Source: Oxalobacter sp. (GTDB lineage Bacteria > Pseudomonadota > Gammaproteobacteria > Burkholderiales > Burkholderiaceae_D). Taken from it: 64,000 nt of DNA. The translations under genes and the position numbers were made by a program. A model generated the notes under the pieces. It made no database searches, was not told the origin of the DNA, and was given only the letters and a program-made list of their open reading frames with translations. The stretch covers positions 884 through 64,883 of the forward strand of contig CAVERB010000101.1 of assembly GCA_963618105.1 (NCBI GenBank), written 5' to 3'. Below are positions 7,091 to 18,200 of the stretch, piece after piece; position 1 is the first letter of the stretch; each line of letters starts with the position of its first letter.

Positions 7091-9775
7091 ATGATCCAGG
7101 CACAGCAGTTCACAGGGTTGACAGATGCGCAGGTGCTTGAAAGCCGTGCCCGACATGGAAGCAATCTGCTGACACCTCGAGAGAAAGCGCCGCTCTGGAA
7201 ACAGTTTTTGGGCAGGTTCAAGGACCGCTTGATCTTGATTCTGCTGGCAGCAGGTGTATTGTCCATCGGCATTTCCTGTTATGAATTCTGTTATGTGAAT
7301 CAGGATGCGCTCGTTTTCTTTGAGCCAATCGGTATCTTTGTCGCTGTGTTGTTGGCGACAGGCCTTTCTTTTTTCTTCGAGATGAAAGCGGACAGGGAGT
7401 TTGCGGTTCTCAATGACGTCAATGATGAAGATACGGTCCAGGCCATCCGCAATGGACATGTGGTAAGGATTGCCCGGAAAGATGTCGTGGTGGGCGATGT
7501 CTTGATGGTCAATACTGGCGATGAGGTGCCTGCGGATGCTGAACTGCTGGGCACCGTCTCCCTGTATGTTGATGAGTCTTCTTTGACAGGGGAGCCGCTT
7601 TGCCATAAGACGGTCAATAAGGACGGTTTTGACCCTGATGCGACTTTCCCGTCCAACCATATCATGCGGGGAACCAAGGTGATGGAAGGTCATGGTGTCT
7701 GCCGGGTGTTTGCGGTGGGGGATGCTACCGAGAATGGCAGGGTATTCGAGGCAGTCCAGATTGATGACAGTGTACAGACGCCGCTTGACAGGCAGTTTGA
7801 AAGACTGGGCGCCCTGATTTCGAAAGTAGGCTATGGTCTGGCTGTCATCATTGTTATCGGACGTCTGCTGATGTATTTTTCAGGCACGGTAGGATTCAGC
7901 TGGGTGTCGTTCATATCTTATGCGCTGCAGTCGTTGATGCTTGCGGTGACTGTGGTGGTCGTGGCGGTGCCAGAGGGACTGCCGATGGCGGTGACGCTGG
8001 CATTGGCTTACAGTATGCGCCGGATGCTGGCTACTCATAATCTGGTCCGGAAGATGCATGCCTGTGAAACGATGGGCGCTGTCACCGTAATTTGTACGGA
8101 CAAGACAGGGACGTTGACCCAGAATCGGATGCAGGTTTATCGAACGGATTTCTATGCACTGGATTATACCCAGATGCCTATTGGGGGGAGGCTTGCAGAC
8201 CTGATTGTGGAAGGGATTGCGATGAATTCCACCGCACAGCTTGATGTGTCCCAGGAAGACAGGATTACGGTGTTGGGGAATCCGACCGAAGGGGCCCTGT
8301 TGCTCTGGCTCAGGGATCATGGTATCGACTATCTGGATATCCGCAGGCGGCTGCATCGGCTTGAGGAGCTGCCATTCACGACGGAGCGTAAGTTTATGGC
8401 AACTGTAGTCAGGCGTATGAATGGGGAACGGGTATTGTTTGTCAAGGGCGCTCCTGAGATTGTCCATGGTCTCTGCGCATCGGTGCAGGGCAATATTGAT
8501 ACGGCGCTTCTCAATGAACAGCTGCTTGCTTACCAGCGTCAGGCGATGCGGACATTGGGATTTGCTTATCAGGTGTTGGGAGAAAAGGAATCGGCTATCG
8601 TGGAAGGCAGGATTGCGGCGCGCAACCTTACCTTTATGGGTATTGCTGCGATTTCTGATCCCGTGCGGGAAGATGTTCCTGAAGCGGTAAAAACCTGTTT
8701 TGATGCCGGTATTGTCGTCAAGGTGGTCACAGGAGACACACCGGGAACCGCCCGTGAGATTGGTCGTCAGATCGGGTTATGGCAGGCAACGGATGGAGAA
8801 GCCAACATTATGACGGGACCGGCATTTGCCGCACTGTCCGATGAAGAAGCTTTGGCACGGGTGGATGGCCTCAAGATTATTGCCAGGGCACGTCCGATGG
8901 ATAAACGCCGTCTGGTTGAGATGCTGCAGCGCCGCCATCAGGTTGTCGCAGTGACAGGAGACGGTACCAATGACGCCCCGGCGCTCAAGGCAGCGGATGT
9001 CGGGCTTTCGATGGGGGATGGTACCGCTGTGGCAAAAGAGGCAAGCGACATTACGATTGTCAATAATGCGTTTTCCAGTATTGGACGTGCCGTCATGTGG
9101 GGGCGTTCGCTGTACCGGAATATTCAGCGGTTCATCCTGTTCCAGATGATTGTGAATGTCACGGCATGCCTGACGGTCCTGGCTGGGGCGTTCATGGGGA
9201 TGGATTCTCCATTGACCATCACCCAGATGCTTTGGGTGAACCTGATCATGGATACCTTTGCAGCGGTTGCTTTGGCATCATTGCCGCCAGAAGAAGGGGT
9301 CATGCGGGACAGGCCGAGAGACAGGCAGGCGTTCATCATCACGCCTGCCATGCGTCAGGGGATTATCGGTATCGGCGGCCTGTTTTTCCTGCTGCTGTTT
9401 GGTCTGGTCTATCTTTTTGAGCACAGTACTGTCACTGGTCTGACGGATTTGCTGTCATTGGATGTCCTGGGAACCGGTAATGGTCTTTCTCCTTATGAAC
9501 TGAGTCTCATTTTCACCGTGTTTGTCATGCTTCAGTTTTGGAACATGTTCAATGCCCGGGCATTTGCCACAGGGCGTTCAGCGTTCAACCTGAAAGGTTG
9601 CCGTGGCTTTGGTTTGATTGCGGGGCTGATTGTGGTTGGTCAGCTCTTGATTGTCAATGTCGGCGGCGCTTTTTTCAATGTTGTTCCCCTTAAGCTGATG
9701 GACTGGCTCATCATTATCATGGCCACTTCGTCAGTGCTCTGGGTTGGCGAGCTGGTGCGCTTTGTCAAGCGGTAA
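7091..9775 (+). CDS. cation-translocating P-type ATPase, PMCA/Ca2+-type (P2) architecture; the transported ion may be Mn2+/Ca2+
   Basis: 894 aa with ICTDKTGTLTQN (phosphorylation site), VTGDTPGTA, TGDGTNDAPALKAADVG, VPEGLP in TM4, and an N-terminal cation-ATPase domain (GLTDAQVLESRARHGSNLL). Confidence 0.9.
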   Translation: MIQAQQFTGLTDAQVLESRARHGSNLLTPREKAPLWKQFLGRFKDRLILILLAAGVLSIGISCYEFCYVNQDALVFFEPIGIFVAVLLATGLSFFFEMKADREFAVLNDVNDEDTVQAIRNGHVVRIARKDVVVGDVLMVNTGDEVPADAELLGTVSLYVDESSLTGEPLCHKTVNKDGFDPDATFPSNHIMRGTKVMEGHGVCRVFAVGDATENGRVFEAVQIDDSVQTPLDRQFERLGALISKVGYGLAVIIVIGRLLMYFSGTVGFSWVSFISYALQSLMLAVTVVVVAVPEGLPMAVTLALAYSMRRMLATHNLVRKMHACETMGAVTVICTDKTGTLTQNRMQVYRTDFYALDYTQMPIGGRLADLIVEGIAMNSTAQLDVSQEDRITVLGNPTEGALLLWLRDHGIDYLDIRRRLHRLEELPFTTERKFMATVVRRMNGERVLFVKGAPEIVHGLCASVQGNIDTALLNEQLLAYQRQAMRTLGFAYQVLGEKESAIVEGRIAARNLTFMGIAAISDPVREDVPEAVKTCFDAGIVVKVVTGDTPGTAREIGRQIGLWQATDGEANIMTGPAFAALSDEEALARVDGLKIIARARPMDKRRLVEMLQRRHQVVAVTGDGTNDAPALKAADVGLSMGDGTAVAKEASDITIVNNAFSSIGRAVMWGRSLYRNIQRFILFQMIVNVTACLTVLAGAFMGMDSPLTITQMLWVNLIMDTFAAVALASLPPEEGVMRDRPRDRQAFIITPAMRQGIIGIGGLFFLLLFGLVYLFEHSTVTGLTDLLSLDVLGTGNGLSPYELSLIFTVFVMLQFWNMFNARAFATGRSAFNLKGCRGFGLIAGLIVVGQLLIVNVGGAFFNVVPLKLMDWLIIIMATSSVLWVGELVRFVKR

Positions 9776-9961
9776 GGATCGCGGTTCCGAATCAGGCAGG
9801 ATTTTTCATCAGGATGGGCAGTCAACTGCATCCCAAATGCGCTGGTTTCCTGCTATAGTGGACAGATAGGAGCACTGAACCATGGTGCGGACTTTCCATG
9901 ATATGGCATCTGCCAACAGAGTTGGTTTTGGATAGATGCTTCCGAAAGAAAGGAGTACAGC

Positions 9962-12352
9962 ATGACCGATGAAAAAGACCTGATGGCTGAACCGTTATCC
10001 CCTGAGATGCTGCGGAAAATCCATGCGTATTTCAATGCGGCGAATTATCTTTCTGTCGGTCAGATTTACCTGTTCAACAACCCCTTGCTGAAACGGCCGC
10101 TTGCTGCTGAGGATGTGAAGCCCCGTCTGTTGGGGCACTGGGGGACGACACCGGGACTGAATTTCATTTATGTCCATCTGAACCGTATCATCAAACGGTA
10201 TGATCTTGACATGATTTTCGTGACAGGGCCGGGACATGGCGGACCGGCATTGGTTGCCAACACGTATCTGGAGGGCACTTACAGCGAGCGGTATCCCAAT
10301 ATCTCAGAAGATGAGGAAGGACTGAAGAAACTTTTTACCCAGTTTTCTTTTCCTGGCGGTGTTCCCAGTCATGTTGCGGCAGAAACGCCGGGTTCCATCC
10401 ATGAAGGAGGGGAATTGGGTTATGCCTTGTCCCATGCCTATGGGGCAGTGATGGACAATCCTGACTTGATTGTCGCCTGTGTGGTCGGTGATGGTGAGGC
10501 GGAAACCGGTCCCTTGGCAACAGGCTGGCATTCCAATAAATTTATCAATCCGGTGCGTGACGGGACAGTCCTGCCAATCCTGCATTTGAATGATGCGAAA
10601 ATTGCGGGGCCAACTGTCCTGGGACGCATTCCGCCAGAGGAACTCGATGCGCTCATGTGGGGTTATGGGTATGAACCTTACTATGTTGAAGGCGATGACC
10701 CGATGGCAATGCATCAGAAAATGGCGGCGGTGTTGGATGAGGTGGTTGCCCATATCCGCAGTATCCAGCGGGATGCCCGCGAAGGCGGCATCAGTACCCG
10801 TCCGAAATGGCCGATGATTATTCTGCGCAGTCCCAAAGGCTGGACAGGTCCCGGCATTGTTGATGGCCAGCAGGTTGAAGGGACTTTCCGTGCCCATCAG
10901 GTGCCGATCAGTGATGTCCGAAACAATCCTTCTCATCTCAAGATATTGTCTGACTGGCTGTTGAGTTATAAACCGGCGGAATTGTTTGATGCCAGCGGCA
11001 GACTGATACCTGAACTGGCTGAACTGGCACCGGAAGGGAACCGTCGTATGGGGGCGAATCCCCATGCCAATGGCGGGGAACTTCTCCGGGATCTGCGTCT
11101 GCCGGATTTCCGTGATTATGCCGTTGATGTGCCTGAGCCAGGTGTTGTGGTGGCGGAAGCAACCCGTGTCCAGGGACGGATGATCCGCGATGTTTTCACG
11201 CTCAATGACAAAAACAAGAATTTTCGGGTTTTCTGTCCGGATGAGACTAATTCCAATCGCTGGAATGCAGTCTTTGAAGTTACTGAACGCATGTCGATGG
11301 ATGAAGTCAAGCCGACAGATGACAAAGTGTCCAACAAGGGAAGGGTGATTGAAATGCTTTCCGAGCATCAGTGTGAAGGCTGGCTGGAAGGCTATCTGTT
11401 GACAGGCCGCCATGGGTTCTTCCCTTGTTATGAAGCGTTTATCCATGTTATTGACTCCATGTTCAACCAGCATGCGAAATGGCTGGAGGTCTGCCGTCAT
11501 ATTCCGTGGCGCCGTCCAGTCGCTTCATTGAATTATCTGCTGACATCCCATGTCTGGCGGCAGGACCATAATGGGTTGAGCCATCAAAATCCGGGATTCA
11601 TCGACCAGGTGATGAACAAGAAAGCGGATGTCACCCGCGTCTATCTGCCACCTGATGCCAACTGTCTGCTGTCGGTTACTGACCACTGTCTGCGAAGCCG
11701 TCACCGCATCAATGTCATCGTCGCAGGTAAACAGCCTGAACTGCAGTACCTTTCGATGGAAGAGGCGATTGACCATTGCACAGCGGGTATCGGTATCTGG
11801 GAATGGGCAAGCAATGACAAGGGTTCGGAGCCGGATGTTGTCATGTGCTGTATCGGGGATGTGCCGACACTGGAAACTTTGGCTGCAGTGAAGATCCTGC
11901 GGGAGCAGATTCCAGATATCAAGGTCCGAGTCATCAATGTCGTCAATCTGATGACATTGCAGCAGCCCTCCGACCATCCGAATGGGCTGTCAGACCATGA
12001 TTTCGATGTTTTGTTCACCAAGGACAAGCCTGTCATTGTGGCGTATCATGGTTATCCGTGGCTGATACATCGGCTTACCTATCGCCGTACCAACCATCAG
12101 AACATTCATGTCCGTGGTTATCGGGAAGAAGGGACAACGACGACCCCGTTTGATATGGTCGTCATGAACCAGCTTGACCGTTATCATTTAGCCGGTGATG
12201 TCATAGACCATTTGCCGCAGCTTGGGGCAAAGGCAGCCTACACGAAACAATGGCTCCGCACCAGATTGCTTCAGCATAAGGAGTATGTCCAGAAATACGG
12301 AGAGGATATGCCGGAAATCCGTCACTGGAACTGGAAAAACGGACATTCTTGA
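9962..12352 (+). CDS. xfp: xylulose-5-phosphate/fructose-6-phosphate phosphoketolase
   Basis: 796 aa with [43 protein letters not shown] and [15 protein letters not shown], the hallmark phosphoketolase motifs. Confidence 0.95.
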   Translation: MTDEKDLMAEPLSPEMLRKIHAYFNAANYLSVGQIYLFNNPLLKRPLAAEDVKPRLLGHWGTTPGLNFIYVHLNRIIKRYDLDMIFVTGPGHGGPALVANTYLEGTYSERYPNISEDEEGLKKLFTQFSFPGGVPSHVAAETPGSIHEGGELGYALSHAYGAVMDNPDLIVACVVGDGEAETGPLATGWHSNKFINPVRDGTVLPILHLNDAKIAGPTVLGRIPPEELDALMWGYGYEPYYVEGDDPMAMHQKMAAVLDEVVAHIRSIQRDAREGGISTRPKWPMIILRSPKGWTGPGIVDGQQVEGTFRAHQVPISDVRNNPSHLKILSDWLLSYKPAELFDASGRLIPELAELAPEGNRRMGANPHANGGELLRDLRLPDFRDYAVDVPEPGVVVAEATRVQGRMIRDVFTLNDKNKNFRVFCPDETNSNRWNAVFEVTERMSMDEVKPTDDKVSNKGRVIEMLSEHQCEGWLEGYLLTGRHGFFPCYEAFIHVIDSMFNQHAKWLEVCRHIPWRRPVASLNYLLTSHVWRQDHNGLSHQNPGFIDQVMNKKADVTRVYLPPDANCLLSVTDHCLRSRHRINVIVAGKQPELQYLSMEEAIDHCTAGIGIWEWASNDKGSEPDVVMCCIGDVPTLETLAAVKILREQIPDIKVRVINVVNLMTLQQPSDHPNGLSDHDFDVLFTKDKPVIVAYHGYPWLIHRLTYRRTNHQNIHVRGYREEGTTTTPFDMVVMNQLDRYHLAGDVIDHLPQLGAKAAYTKQWLRTRLLQHKEYVQKYGEDMPEIRHWNWKNGHS

Positions 12353-12369
12353 TCTGCCCTGTCAAGGCT

Positions 12370-12393
12370 GTCTGGCATCAGACTATGCCAGAC
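12370..12393. terminator. perfect 9-bp hairpin between convergent xfp and queC (possible bidirectional terminator, no U-tract)
   Basis: GTCTGGCAT (12370-12378), a 6-nt loop, then ATGCCAGAC (12385-12393). There is no T-run on either side, so confidence is low. Confidence 0.25.
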
Positions 12394-12456
12394 AACCTGA
12401 GATGGAAAAGGCGTTGTCAGCCTGATTTGATGGGGCAGGTAGAAAGCAGGGCTGTT

Positions 12457-13191
12457 TCAAGGGTTGGGAAGTCTGTTTTTCTGAAAGGCTTCAAATCCCC
12501 GCTGCCGCAGCAGGCAGGCAGGGCATTTACCGCAGCCATAGCCCCAAGGGTTGAGATGGGTATGGTCACCGGTATAACAGGTGTGGGTCTGATGGATGAT
12601 CAGGTCAACAAGTGCTTTTCCGCCGAGGGTTTCAGCCAGTTCCCAGGTCTGCTGTTTGTTTTTCCACATCAATGGGGTGACAAGATTGAACCGCGTATCC
12701 ATACCGATGTTCAGGGCAACCTGCAATGATTTGATGGCATCATCCCGGCAGTCAGGGTAGCCTGAAAAATCGGTTTCGCACATGCCGCCGACCAAGATGT
12801 TGATGCCACGGCGGTAAGCAACAATGGCGGCAGTTGTTAGAAACATCAGGTTGCGTCCTGGCACAAACGTATTGGGAAGACCATTCGCCATCATCTGGAT
12901 TTCGATGTCCTTGGTCATTGCGGTTTCAGAAAGCTGGCTGAGCAGGGATAGGTTGCAGAGATGGTCTTCCCCCAGTTTCTTGTCCCATTCCGGGGACATC
13001 TGGCGCAATCGCCTGAGAATGTTGGGACGGGCGTCCAGTTCAGCTTGGTGACGCTGTCCATAGGAAAAACCGATGGTTTCCACCCGGTCATACTGGTGGA
13101 GAGCCCATGCAAGGCAGGTTGTAGAATCTTGTCCGCCGCTGAAAAGGACAAGCGCTTGTTTTTTGATGGCAGGAACAGATGGCATCGTCAT
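12457..13191 (-). CDS. queC: 7-cyano-7-deazaguanine synthase
   Basis: [19 protein letters not shown] (PP-loop SGGxDS), [14 protein letters not shown], and the C-terminal CYTG...CGKCPAC zinc motif. Confidence 0.9.
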   Translation of the reverse strand: MTMPSVPAIKKQALVLFSGGQDSTTCLAWALHQYDRVETIGFSYGQRHQAELDARPNILRRLRQMSPEWDKKLGEDHLCNLSLLSQLSETAMTKDIEIQMMANGLPNTFVPGRNLMFLTTAAIVAYRRGINILVGGMCETDFSGYPDCRDDAIKSLQVALNIGMDTRFNLVTPLMWKNKQQTWELAETLGGKALVDLIIHQTHTCYTGDHTHLNPWGYGCGKCPACLLRQRGFEAFQKNRLPNP

Positions 13192-13355
13192 GTCTGGCTG
13201 TATGCCGGATAATGTCCAGACAGCTGAATGGGAAGCACCGCGCTGGAATTTCCGGCTTTTTTCAGTTTGTGTGAAATATATTCTCCAGTTTGGATGATAA
13301 TGCTAACAGTTCAATTCAGGTTGTATTTTTCAGTTATCTCAAGACACATTTTCCA

Positions 13356-15203
13356 ATGGCGTATTTCATGGGTAGGAATCATCAGGTCAGGACAGGAGCC
13401 ATATGGCGTTTCCTGGGGTGTCTTGCTGTCTTGCTGTTGACGGGATTGTTGTTTCCAAGTTATGCACAGGAAACCGACAAACCGAAAGAGACTGTTGCGC
13501 AGCCTGCCGATCAGAAACTGCAGAAATTCACCTATACCGTGAAGGTCGAGGCACCGCTGAAAATCAAGAATCTGCTCGAGGAGAACCTGAGTATTGCCAA
13601 ATGGCAGCATGATGCTGAAATGAATGACCGCCAGCTCCGCAGGATGTACCGAGTAGCGCCAGCAGAAGTGCGAGAACTGATGGAAACAGAAGGCTATTAT
13701 GCGGCTGAGGTAGAAACCCAGTTATTGGGTGAAAGGGGGGACCGTACGGTCGTCATCTCCGTCAATCCTGGGAAGCCTGTCAAAGTGACGGATGTCAGCA
13801 TCACCTTTGAAGGCGACGTGGTTGGTACAAAAGCCAGTAAGAGTTTTCCCGGCGAGGAAGGGTTGAAAAAAGGATGGAAAATGCCTGTTGGAACCATTTT
13901 CCGGATGGAGGACTGGGAAACAGCAAAACTTGCTTTGTTCAAGGAATTGTCCCGTACCCGTTATCCGAGGGCAGCCATCAAGCATACCCAGGCAGTTGTC
14001 GATCCGGAAACCTATTCTGCGAGGTTGGAAGTTGAAATGGACAGCGGCCGGGAAGTCAGGTTCGGTGAGACCGTGATTATCGGTCTCAGACGGTACAGCG
14101 AACAGGTCATCCAGGGACTGCATCCTCCGAAGCAGGGCAGTGTCTATGACGAGAACCGGTTACAGCGTTTTCAGTCCAGGCTCCTTGACAGCGGTTATTT
14201 TAATGGAGCAGAAGTTGTCGCAGACCTGGAGATGGAAGCTGATGAGATTCCGGTCATCGTCAAGGTCCATGAGAACTATACGCAGCATGCATCGGTTGGT
14301 GTTGGTTACAGTACCGATACTAGGGAAAGGGCAAGCTTGTCTTATGAACATTTCAATTTCATCCGTCAGGACTGGCATCTGAAGAGTTCAGTGGTTGTCC
14401 AGGATCGGCAGCAGACCGCCAAAGCGGATGTCTATCTGCCTGAAGACGAGGATGGTTTCCGGGACAGTTTTGGCGTAGCGTATGACCGCTCGGATTTCCG
14501 GGGATTGGATTCCCGTACGGTGGGACTGAATGTCAGACGGGCATGGGGCAGTCCCCGTTTTGAACAGTATGTCATGCTGGAATACCTGAATGAGCATGAC
14601 CGCATTGAGGGGGACAAGGACGAACGTCCAGAGGCATTGCCAGTGACTTATGGGCTTATCAAGCGTCATTTGGACAACCGTTTTGCGCCGACAGAAGGCT
14701 ATCAGGTTGAAGCCCAGGTTGGCGGTGCAGTTGAAGGGATGATGACCGATGAGTCGTTTATCCGAGGGTATTTGAAAGGTCGTTATTATCACCGTGTCGG
14801 GCAACGGGGAGACATTATTGTTCGTGGCGAATTGGGGGCAGTGTTGTCGGATGAGAAAAAAGGAGTGCCCTCCACCGTCATGTTCCGTGCCGGCGGTGAC
14901 CAGTCTGTCAGGGGGTATTCTTATGAGAGCCTGGGGGTCCGTCGGGGCGAGGCTGTTGTCGGCGGGCGTTATCTGGCGGTGGGCAGCCTGGAATACCAGC
15001 ATTATTTCTGGGATGCCTGGGGACTTGCGTTTTTTGTCGATGCGGGTAATGTCGCAGATAAATGGGCAAATATGGATTATGCTGTGGGATATGGTGTAGG
15101 TGTTCGGTGGAAAAGTCCGGCAGGTCCCATTGGCGTGGACTTGGCATATGGTGAGAAAACCGGCAATTTCCATCTGCACTTTTCATTTGGGCTGACTTTC
15201 TGA
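13356..15203 (+). CDS. tamA: translocation and assembly module outer-membrane subunit TamA (Omp85/D15 family)
   Basis: Signal peptide (WRFLGCLAVLLLTGLLFPSYAQE), POTRA-like repeats, and a C-terminal beta-barrel ending HLHFSFGLTF. It overlaps tamB by 1 nt (TGATG at 15201-15205). The start is set at ATG 13356 rather than TTG 13290. Confidence 0.8.
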   Translation: MAYFMGRNHQVRTGAIWRFLGCLAVLLLTGLLFPSYAQETDKPKETVAQPADQKLQKFTYTVKVEAPLKIKNLLEENLSIAKWQHDAEMNDRQLRRMYRVAPAEVRELMETEGYYAAEVETQLLGERGDRTVVISVNPGKPVKVTDVSITFEGDVVGTKASKSFPGEEGLKKGWKMPVGTIFRMEDWETAKLALFKELSRTRYPRAAIKHTQAVVDPETYSARLEVEMDSGREVRFGETVIIGLRRYSEQVIQGLHPPKQGSVYDENRLQRFQSRLLDSGYFNGAEVVADLEMEADEIPVIVKVHENYTQHASVGVGYSTDTRERASLSYEHFNFIRQDWHLKSSVVVQDRQQTAKADVYLPEDEDGFRDSFGVAYDRSDFRGLDSRTVGLNVRRAWGSPRFEQYVMLEYLNEHDRIEGDKDERPEALPVTYGLIKRHLDNRFAPTEGYQVEAQVGGAVEGMMTDESFIRGYLKGRYYHRVGQRGDIIVRGELGAVLSDEKKGVPSTVMFRAGGDQSVRGYSYESLGVRRGEAVVGGRYLAVGSLEYQHYFWDAWGLAFFVDAGNVADKWANMDYAVGYGVGVRWKSPAGPIGVDLAYGEKTGNFHLHFSFGLTF

Positions 15204-18200
15204 TGCGTGCGTTCCTGACCCGATTCCGACAGTTCTGGACAAGAAAGCGGTTGCTGTATCTACTGGTGCCGCTTGGGGTACTGTTCTGCCTGTTGATGGT
15301 GTGCAGCCAGCGGTGGGCAATCCAGTGGATTGTTGAAGGCGTTGTTGCCGCAAAAGGCGAGAAAATCACTTTTGAGGAAACATCAGGCTCCCTTTTTCAT
15401 GAACTGAAAGCTGAAAAGATTGTTTATGAGGGACGGGAACGGGATATTACCGTCAAAGGACTGGTGTTCCGATGGAATCCCCTGCATCTGCTGCATGGCA
15501 AGGCGGACATTGATGAACTGTCTGCCTCCGTCCTTGAATTTGACTTGAAACGTTCATCGGATGAACCCCTGAAGCTGCCAGCATCCTTGGCGCCTCCTGT
15601 CTCATTGGTTGTCCAGCAGATTGTCATTGATTCCCTGTCTGTGAAGAAAATGGGAGTTGGTGTCACCCTTGAGAACATCCATTGCGCATTGATGGCGGAA
15701 GACAGTGAATGGCAGGTGAAAGGACTGGGTTTCGATAGTCCTTTGGGCAATGTGGCGATAGATGCCGCCTTGCAGATGGAGAAACCGTTTGCTTTGTCTG
15801 GCAAGGCACGTTTTGACAATACCGAAGTTGATGCGCATATGACTGTGGATGCGGGCGGCACGCTTGACAATATCCAGTTGTCTGCATCGCTCAATGGCTA
15901 TGGGGCGACAGGCAGTCTGAAAGCCGTGGTGACACCGTTTGCCCCATTCATGTTTGACTCGCTGGACCTGACAGCATCGGATATTGATCCATCCAAGATC
16001 AATGAAAATTGGCCGGTAGCAAGATTTGGGGCAAAAGCGCATATTCTGGTAAATGCTGATCGTTCGATTGAAGGGTTTCTGCAGGTGGAAAATGGACAGT
16101 CTGGTCCCCTTGAGCAGAACAGACTACCGATCCATGCCGTACGGGCAGCCATAGGAGGCAATGTTGATGTTGTCGAGTTGTCCCCTTTGGTGATTGACTT
16201 TGGCAGTGGCGGTTCTTTTTCAGGGAAAGGCACATTTTCAGAGCCTGAAACCTTTATCAGCCTGAAAACAGGCGGTTTCAATCTGCATGGCATCACGGAA
16301 ATGCTGCGTCCAACTCATGCCGTAGGCAGTGTCGGGTATCACCGCATTGACGGGAAGCAGGAAGTGACCGTTGATCTTGGAGAAAACCATATCCAGCTCA
16401 AGGCGGATGTCCTGAAAGAAGGAGATTTGATTGAACTGAAAGAATGTTTGCTGACAGCAAATGGCGGCATGATGATGGCGAAAGGCCATCTGAATCTGGA
16501 TGAGGACAGGGATTTTGAGCTGAAAGGCAATATCAGTCATTTCAACTTTGCGGCATTGGGCAAACTGCCGTCTTCTAACCTGAATGTTGGATTTGAAGCG
16601 TCAGGAGCGCTTAAACCCGATTGGAAAGCAGACTTTTCTTTCGATTTTGGTCCCAGCTCATTGTTCAGCCAGCCGGTTTCCGGTCATGGCAAGGTTCGTG
16701 TCAGGGGAAAAGAAGTCACGGATGCCGCCATTGACCTGGCTCTGGGGGCCAATACATTTACGGCATCAGGCAGATTGGGATCAGCTGGAGGTCATCTGGA
16801 CTGGCAGCTCAATGCGCCTGCTTTAGGTGTTATCGGTCATGGTTTTCAAGGTTCTTTGACTGGAAAGGGAACATTGTCAGGTTCCCTGGATGCTTTGCAG
16901 GGCAGCATCTCATTAGCCGGGCATGATTTCATGCTGGCGGATTTGGTCGGTGCGCATGAATTGCAGCTGGAAGCAAGTTTCGGCACAACGCTTTCAGACA
17001 GGATTGATGCGCGACTTTCTGCGGAACAGGTGACGATTGCCGGTACACATTGGTCTTCATTGGTTCTCCGTTCGGAAGGGACCTGGCGTTCTCATACCTT
17101 GAGGGCCTCGGCAAAGAGTAGTCGTTTTGACCTGGCAGCACAGCTTTCGGGAGGGGTGACCACCAGTGGTGAATGGGTTGGCTCGCTGGAGCAGTTCGAG
17201 AATCGGGGAGAGAAACCTTTTACGATGTCAGGTTCCGCTGCATTGCGTTTCGCTTCTTCGGAAGTCTTTTCCATTGAAGACCTGACATTGAATCTGGGAG
17301 AGGGCAGGTTGAATGTGAATAAGCTAGTCAAGAAGCATTCCCGTCTTGAGACCTCGGGCAACGCAAGGAATATCCCATTGAGCTGGCTGTTGTCCCTTTC
17401 TGAGGATGCCAATGCCAAAGTGAACAGTACCCTGACTTTTGGCGGGGATTGGTCATTGCGGGCAGACCATGCGTTGAGCGGTGAGGCACATGTTTACCGT
17501 GAAGATGGAGACATTACATTGATTGGTGAAGAAAACCGGATGCGTCTGCGCCTGACAGAATTGGATATCTGGGCTTTGTTCAACAACAGCAATATGGATT
17601 TCCGTCTGCATGCTTCCAGCACCCGTCTTGGAGAAACGGATGCAACCTTGAAAACCCGTCTTGCCTACCGTCATGGCAATTGGGGACTTTTCAAAGACAG
17701 TCCGATTCAACTGGCACTCAAGTCAGAAATGCCGTCCATCCAGTGGATCGGGATGCTGTCAGGACAACCAGACCTGGATCTGAGTGGTTCTCTGTCGGCG
17801 GATGTTCAAGGGACAGGGACCTTGGGAACACCCCGTTTGTCAGGGACTATTGCGGGACATGAGCTGGGGGTTGACTGCCCCAGCAATGGTATCCATCTTG
17901 ACCGAGGGGAACTGTCTGCGTTATTGGAAGGGAACCGTCTGACAATCACCAAAGGCATCCTTTATGGTGAGGAAGGGCGGTTGCAGATTGGTGGCGGCGC
18001 ATTCATGCAGAACGGCATGGTCAACAGTACGCTTAAACTGCATGCTGACCATCTGTTGGCAATGTCCAATGTGGACCGTCAGGTTGTTTTGACAGGGGAT
18101 GGGGTTTTCACTCTCGATGATAAAGGGTTGAACCTGACAGGCAGCCTGTATGTCGATCGTGCGAAAATCGTGCTGAATGACATTTCCAGCGTTACCCGGA

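Noticed and set aside
10304-11500. Very long antisense ORFs opposite real genes: 398 aa opposite xfp, and similar ones at 59176-60351 (argG), 52206-53114 (aroG), 24954-25799 (comM), 829-1578 (argD), 14388-15179 (tamA), 61438-62121 (cca) and 7046-7693 (ATPase).
   Set aside because: Their translations are low-complexity, rich in R/H/C/Q, with no recognisable motifs. The opposite strand in each case carries an unmistakable conserved gene. Open antisense frames of this kind are an expected by-product of codon bias, because TTA, CTA and TCA are rare in the sense frame.
13192-13262. A possible preQ1 riboswitch upstream of queC, and a terminator-like hairpin on the plus strand (GCTGG-AATTT-CCGGC + T6, 13242-13262). 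A GTCTGG/CCAGAC repeat also abuts the queC ATG.
   Set aside because: I found no preQ1-I or preQ1-II consensus elements. The plus-strand stem is only 5 bp with a G-U pair and has no upstream gene to terminate. The 6-bp repeat is too weak to interpret.
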